Source of the DNA: Lytechinus pictus
Lineage: Eukaryota
DNA length: 64,000 nt
Direction: 5' to 3'
Assembly (NCBI RefSeq): GCF_037042905.1
Contig: NC_087250.1
Span: 14,386,001 to 14,450,000 of the forward strand
Positions 60,839-64,000 of this stretch are shown here, piece by piece. Every line of letters begins with the position of its first letter. The first letter of the stretch is position 1. A program made the position numbers and the translations under genes. A model generated the notes under the pieces. That model saw nothing but the letters and a program-made list of their open reading frames with translations. It was not told the origin of the DNA and did not search any database.

Positions 60839-61524
60839 GGTGGCATGACTTTACTTTCAAACTGGAGGAACCAAGATTTGTCTGTACATGGTCCTAGGAT
60901 GGAGGATATAACAGAATTGTTGATAAAGTTCTGAAATTAAGGCATAGTGGACTCATTCCACAATCTACCTCACTACCGTAATCTCAAACCCAAAGGACTG
61001 AAAAAATGACGTCAACTTCATCATCATCGTCATCAATCCAGTTTTAAATCCAGTTTTGTCCCCGTGAACGGGTTGGCTGTTTGCCCAATAACCCCTCGTG
61101 CCACTTTTCCTTAATTTATGTAGAGTAACTTAATAGAAGTTTGGATTCACACATACATGTACATGATGAACGAATCCCAGCATGGCAATCATGACTTTCA
61201 ATATCGGCTCTCTCCCTACACCCTCCTGTCTGTCGCAACAACTTATACTTCACCATGTTCATCAAATTTTCTATTCAAACGAATATCATTACATATCAAA
61301 AATTTTTACACGGTCATCTAATATTCACGGGCATGAAACAAGAAATAGTCTGTTTAACTTTGTTGTACATGTACCTATGAGAAAAGGTCAAATTGGTAAT
61401 ACATTTTATTACAAAGGTATACATTTTTGGAATTCCCTCCCTAATCATGTTAAATCGGTTAAGACTTTTACACAATTTAAAAGAGTATTGAAACAACACT
61501 TAAAAAATGTCCCCACTCTGTAAT

Positions 61525-63242
61525 TAAGCTTGTAACCGATTTTGCAATCGGCAACCGATTCCATTCGATTTCACCACAATCGGCAATCACTTGCCGATCT
61601 TCGATCATGCCCCTTGAAGGAAAAAATTGAAAATAAAAAATCGGCGTAGATCTGGTTACAGTGCGTGATCGCTCAGAACATATTTCAAGATTGTTTTTGA
61701 GGTGCTAGCTATTTAGAGGTCGCATTATTCAGGGAGAAAGACGCGGTATTATCTATGGCGATGGAAAGAGGATAGATATCTTCTCTTCCAACTCATGGTG
61801 ATAGCGGATGCCGCCGTGAACTTTGAAAGGTCGTATTACCGACGGAGCTCACTGCGTTACTCTCTTACATCGTTTATGATTATATACATTTTATTTTCAA
61901 CCTCGTGGTGATAGCGGATGCCGCCGTGAACTTTGAAAGGTCGTATTACCGACGGAGCTCACTGCGCTACTCTCTTACCCCCTTTATAATGATATAAATC
62001 TTCTCTTCAACCTCGTGGTGATAGCGGACCCCGCCATAAACTTTTAAAGACTGTACTATTGACGGAGCTTATTGCGTTACTCTCTTACATCGTTTATGAT
62101 GATATACATTTTATTTTCAACCTCGTGGTGATAGCGGACCCCGCCGTGAACTTTTAAAGATCGTGCTACTGACGGAGCTCATTGCGTTACTCTCTTACAT
62201 CGTTTATAATGATATAAATCTTCTCTTCAACCTCGTGGTGATAGCGGACACCGCCATAAACTTTTAAAGACTGTACTATTGACGGAGCTTATTGCGTTGC
62301 TCTCTAACATCGTTTATGATGATATTCATTTTATTTTCAACCTCGTGGTGATAGCGGAAGCCACCGTGAACTTTGAAAGGTCGTATTACCGACGGAGCTC
62401 ACTGCGCTACTCTCTAACCCCGTTTATAATGATATAAATCTTCTCTTCAACCTCGTGGTGAGAGCGGACCCCGCCATAAACTGTTAAAGACTGTACTATT
62501 GACGGAGCTTATTGCGTTACTCTCTTACATCGTTTATGATGATATACATTTTATTTTCAATCTCGTGGTGATAGCGGATGCCGCCGTGAACTTTGAAAGG
62601 TCGTATTACCGACGGAGCTCACTGCGCTACTCTCTTACCCCCTTTATGATGATAGACATCTTCTCTTCAACCTCGTGGTGATAGCGGTCCCCGCCGTGAA
62701 CTTCAAATTGATTTGAAAACGCTAGCTACCCAAAACATTTTAATAACATATTTCAAATCATCGTGCGTGCTTGCGTCTTCTACTTCATTTTAATTGCACT
62801 TGCGACTTTAAGATGATGCGTCGTATGAGATCATTCCAATAATTCTAAATCGCTAGCACCTAAAAATACTTCTCAAAGATGTCCCGCCGATCGTTCATTA
62901 ACCTGTGATCTATGAGAAATATTTTCATTTTATTTTCCTTTGCGCCTTTGCTCGGAAGATGCGTCTTTCGTTTATCTTTCTAATAAAAATCACTCGGTTT
63001 ATTTTAAAGCAATAACACCTCAAAACCCCTGGCTTTAAAACATGTTCCAAACGATCGCGCATGTTGGCGACTTCCATTCCAATGCATTCGTCTTTGTGAC
63101 TTTGTCAGGCAGATGTGCGCGACCGCGAACAACATTTTGATGTATTCCTTTGTTTTTAAACATCGCCGATTCGATTTCTATTTTAGAAGCTTAACTGCCG
63201 ATCCGATTTTCGATCTGATTTTTGATCCGATTTACAACATTA
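61525..63242. mobile_element. Non-autonomous hAT-like element (8-bp TSD) carrying a tandem array
   Basis: TSD tctgtaat at 61517-61524 and 63243-63250; imperfect TIR taagcttgtaa / ttacaacatta; CCGAT/ATCGG subterminal repeats. Confidence 0.8.
61775..62703. repeat. 110-bp tandem repeat, ~8.5 copies, two interspersed subtypes
   Basis: cctcgtggtgatagcgga at 61901, 62011, 62121, 62231, 62341, 62451, 62561, 62671 (exact 110-bp period). Confidence 0.95.
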
Positions 63243-63842
63243 TCTGTAATGTTAAATATCCTTTCTAATTTCATGTGTATCGTGTAGTCTTATATATAAC
63301 TATTTAGTTATGATTTATTTAATCAACTTGTTTTACATTGTTTCATCATATTTTGTTGTTTGCGTGAAAGTTTGATGTCAAACTTATTGTACTTTTTGCA
63401 TATCTTAGGTTTTAAGATTCATGAATCTTGTATTAGTTACGATGCATTTAGCGCTACTTAAAAACTGATTATTAGTGTAATTCTCATATGTAACTTAGAA
63501 GTAATGATCGTTTACTCAACCTGTTTTACAATTATTTTAATCATATTTTGTTGACTGCGTAAGTGTTTTTCATGGCAAACTTATTTGTTTTTGTATTTTT
63601 ATATATTAAGTTTTACAATTCATCGTGTAAATTTAGTGGTCTAGACTTAATTGATGTAGTTTGTAGATTTCCGTAGACCTGTGTTTTTTCATAGATGTAC
63701 ATTGTCTTCAATTACTGATGTAAGGACCCCATTGGAAATAAGCCATCTCGGCTTTCATGGGTAATCCTGTCAAGGTATACACTTCTGTTTATATTTCCTT
63801 GTACTTGTTCATAGTTACCTGACAAATAAAATTGATTGATTT

Positions 63843-63876
<34 letters not shown>

Positions 63877-64000
63877 GTGATTTTATTTCTCATGATAAAA
63901 AACAATACAAAATATATACATTCAGAATATAAAACGTTAATAATTGAATTACATATATAGTAATCAGGTACATGAATTTGAGATTATAGAGAACTTATAA

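Larger units (their letters stand above)
61240..63880 (+). mobile_element. 3' fragment of a CR1/L2-group LINE, split by a hAT insertion
   Basis: HGHETRN..TFYYKGIHFWNSLPNHVK..FKRVLKQHL C-terminus (ORF 61182-61523); 3' UTR resumes at 63251 and ends aataaa + (GATT)n at ~63825-63880. Confidence 0.75.

Noticed and set aside
61775..62703. Regularly spaced repeats resembling a CRISPR array
   Set aside because: Whole 110-bp units repeat with no unique spacers; no cas genes; eukaryotic context

Overview
Eukaryotic, AT-rich, intron- and repeat-rich animal DNA. The repeat landscape and gene content suggest an invertebrate deuterostome such as a sea urchin; this is inference, not proven. The first ~17 kb is a retrotransposon cluster: an L2-type LINE (minus) whose ORF begins with a signal-peptide-like segment and a 2A-like motif (GDVSPNPGP); a large LINE (minus) with a double-PHD ORF1, interrupted by a 5'-truncated CR1/L2-group LINE (plus); and a decayed Penelope-like 3' end with a hammerhead-like motif. 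Two host genes converge tail-to-tail. One is a 10-exon Fringe-family glycosyltransferase (+, 17444-43208, 368 aa by manual splicing). The other is a 5-coding-exon C2H2 zinc-finger gene (-, 60838-48265, ~1211 aa) with an ancestral PRDM9/SSX-type KRAB box, a lone proximal finger and a 31-unit finger array, but no visible PR/SET domain. Introns carry nested MITEs, foldback elements, tRNA-SINEs, satellites, and a ~185-bp SINE-like element with a 7SL (Alu-domain) head. Top leads: the SET-less KRAB-zinc-finger gene in an apparent invertebrate, the 7SL-headed SINE-like element, and the signal+2A LINE leader. All splice models and motif matches were done by eye.
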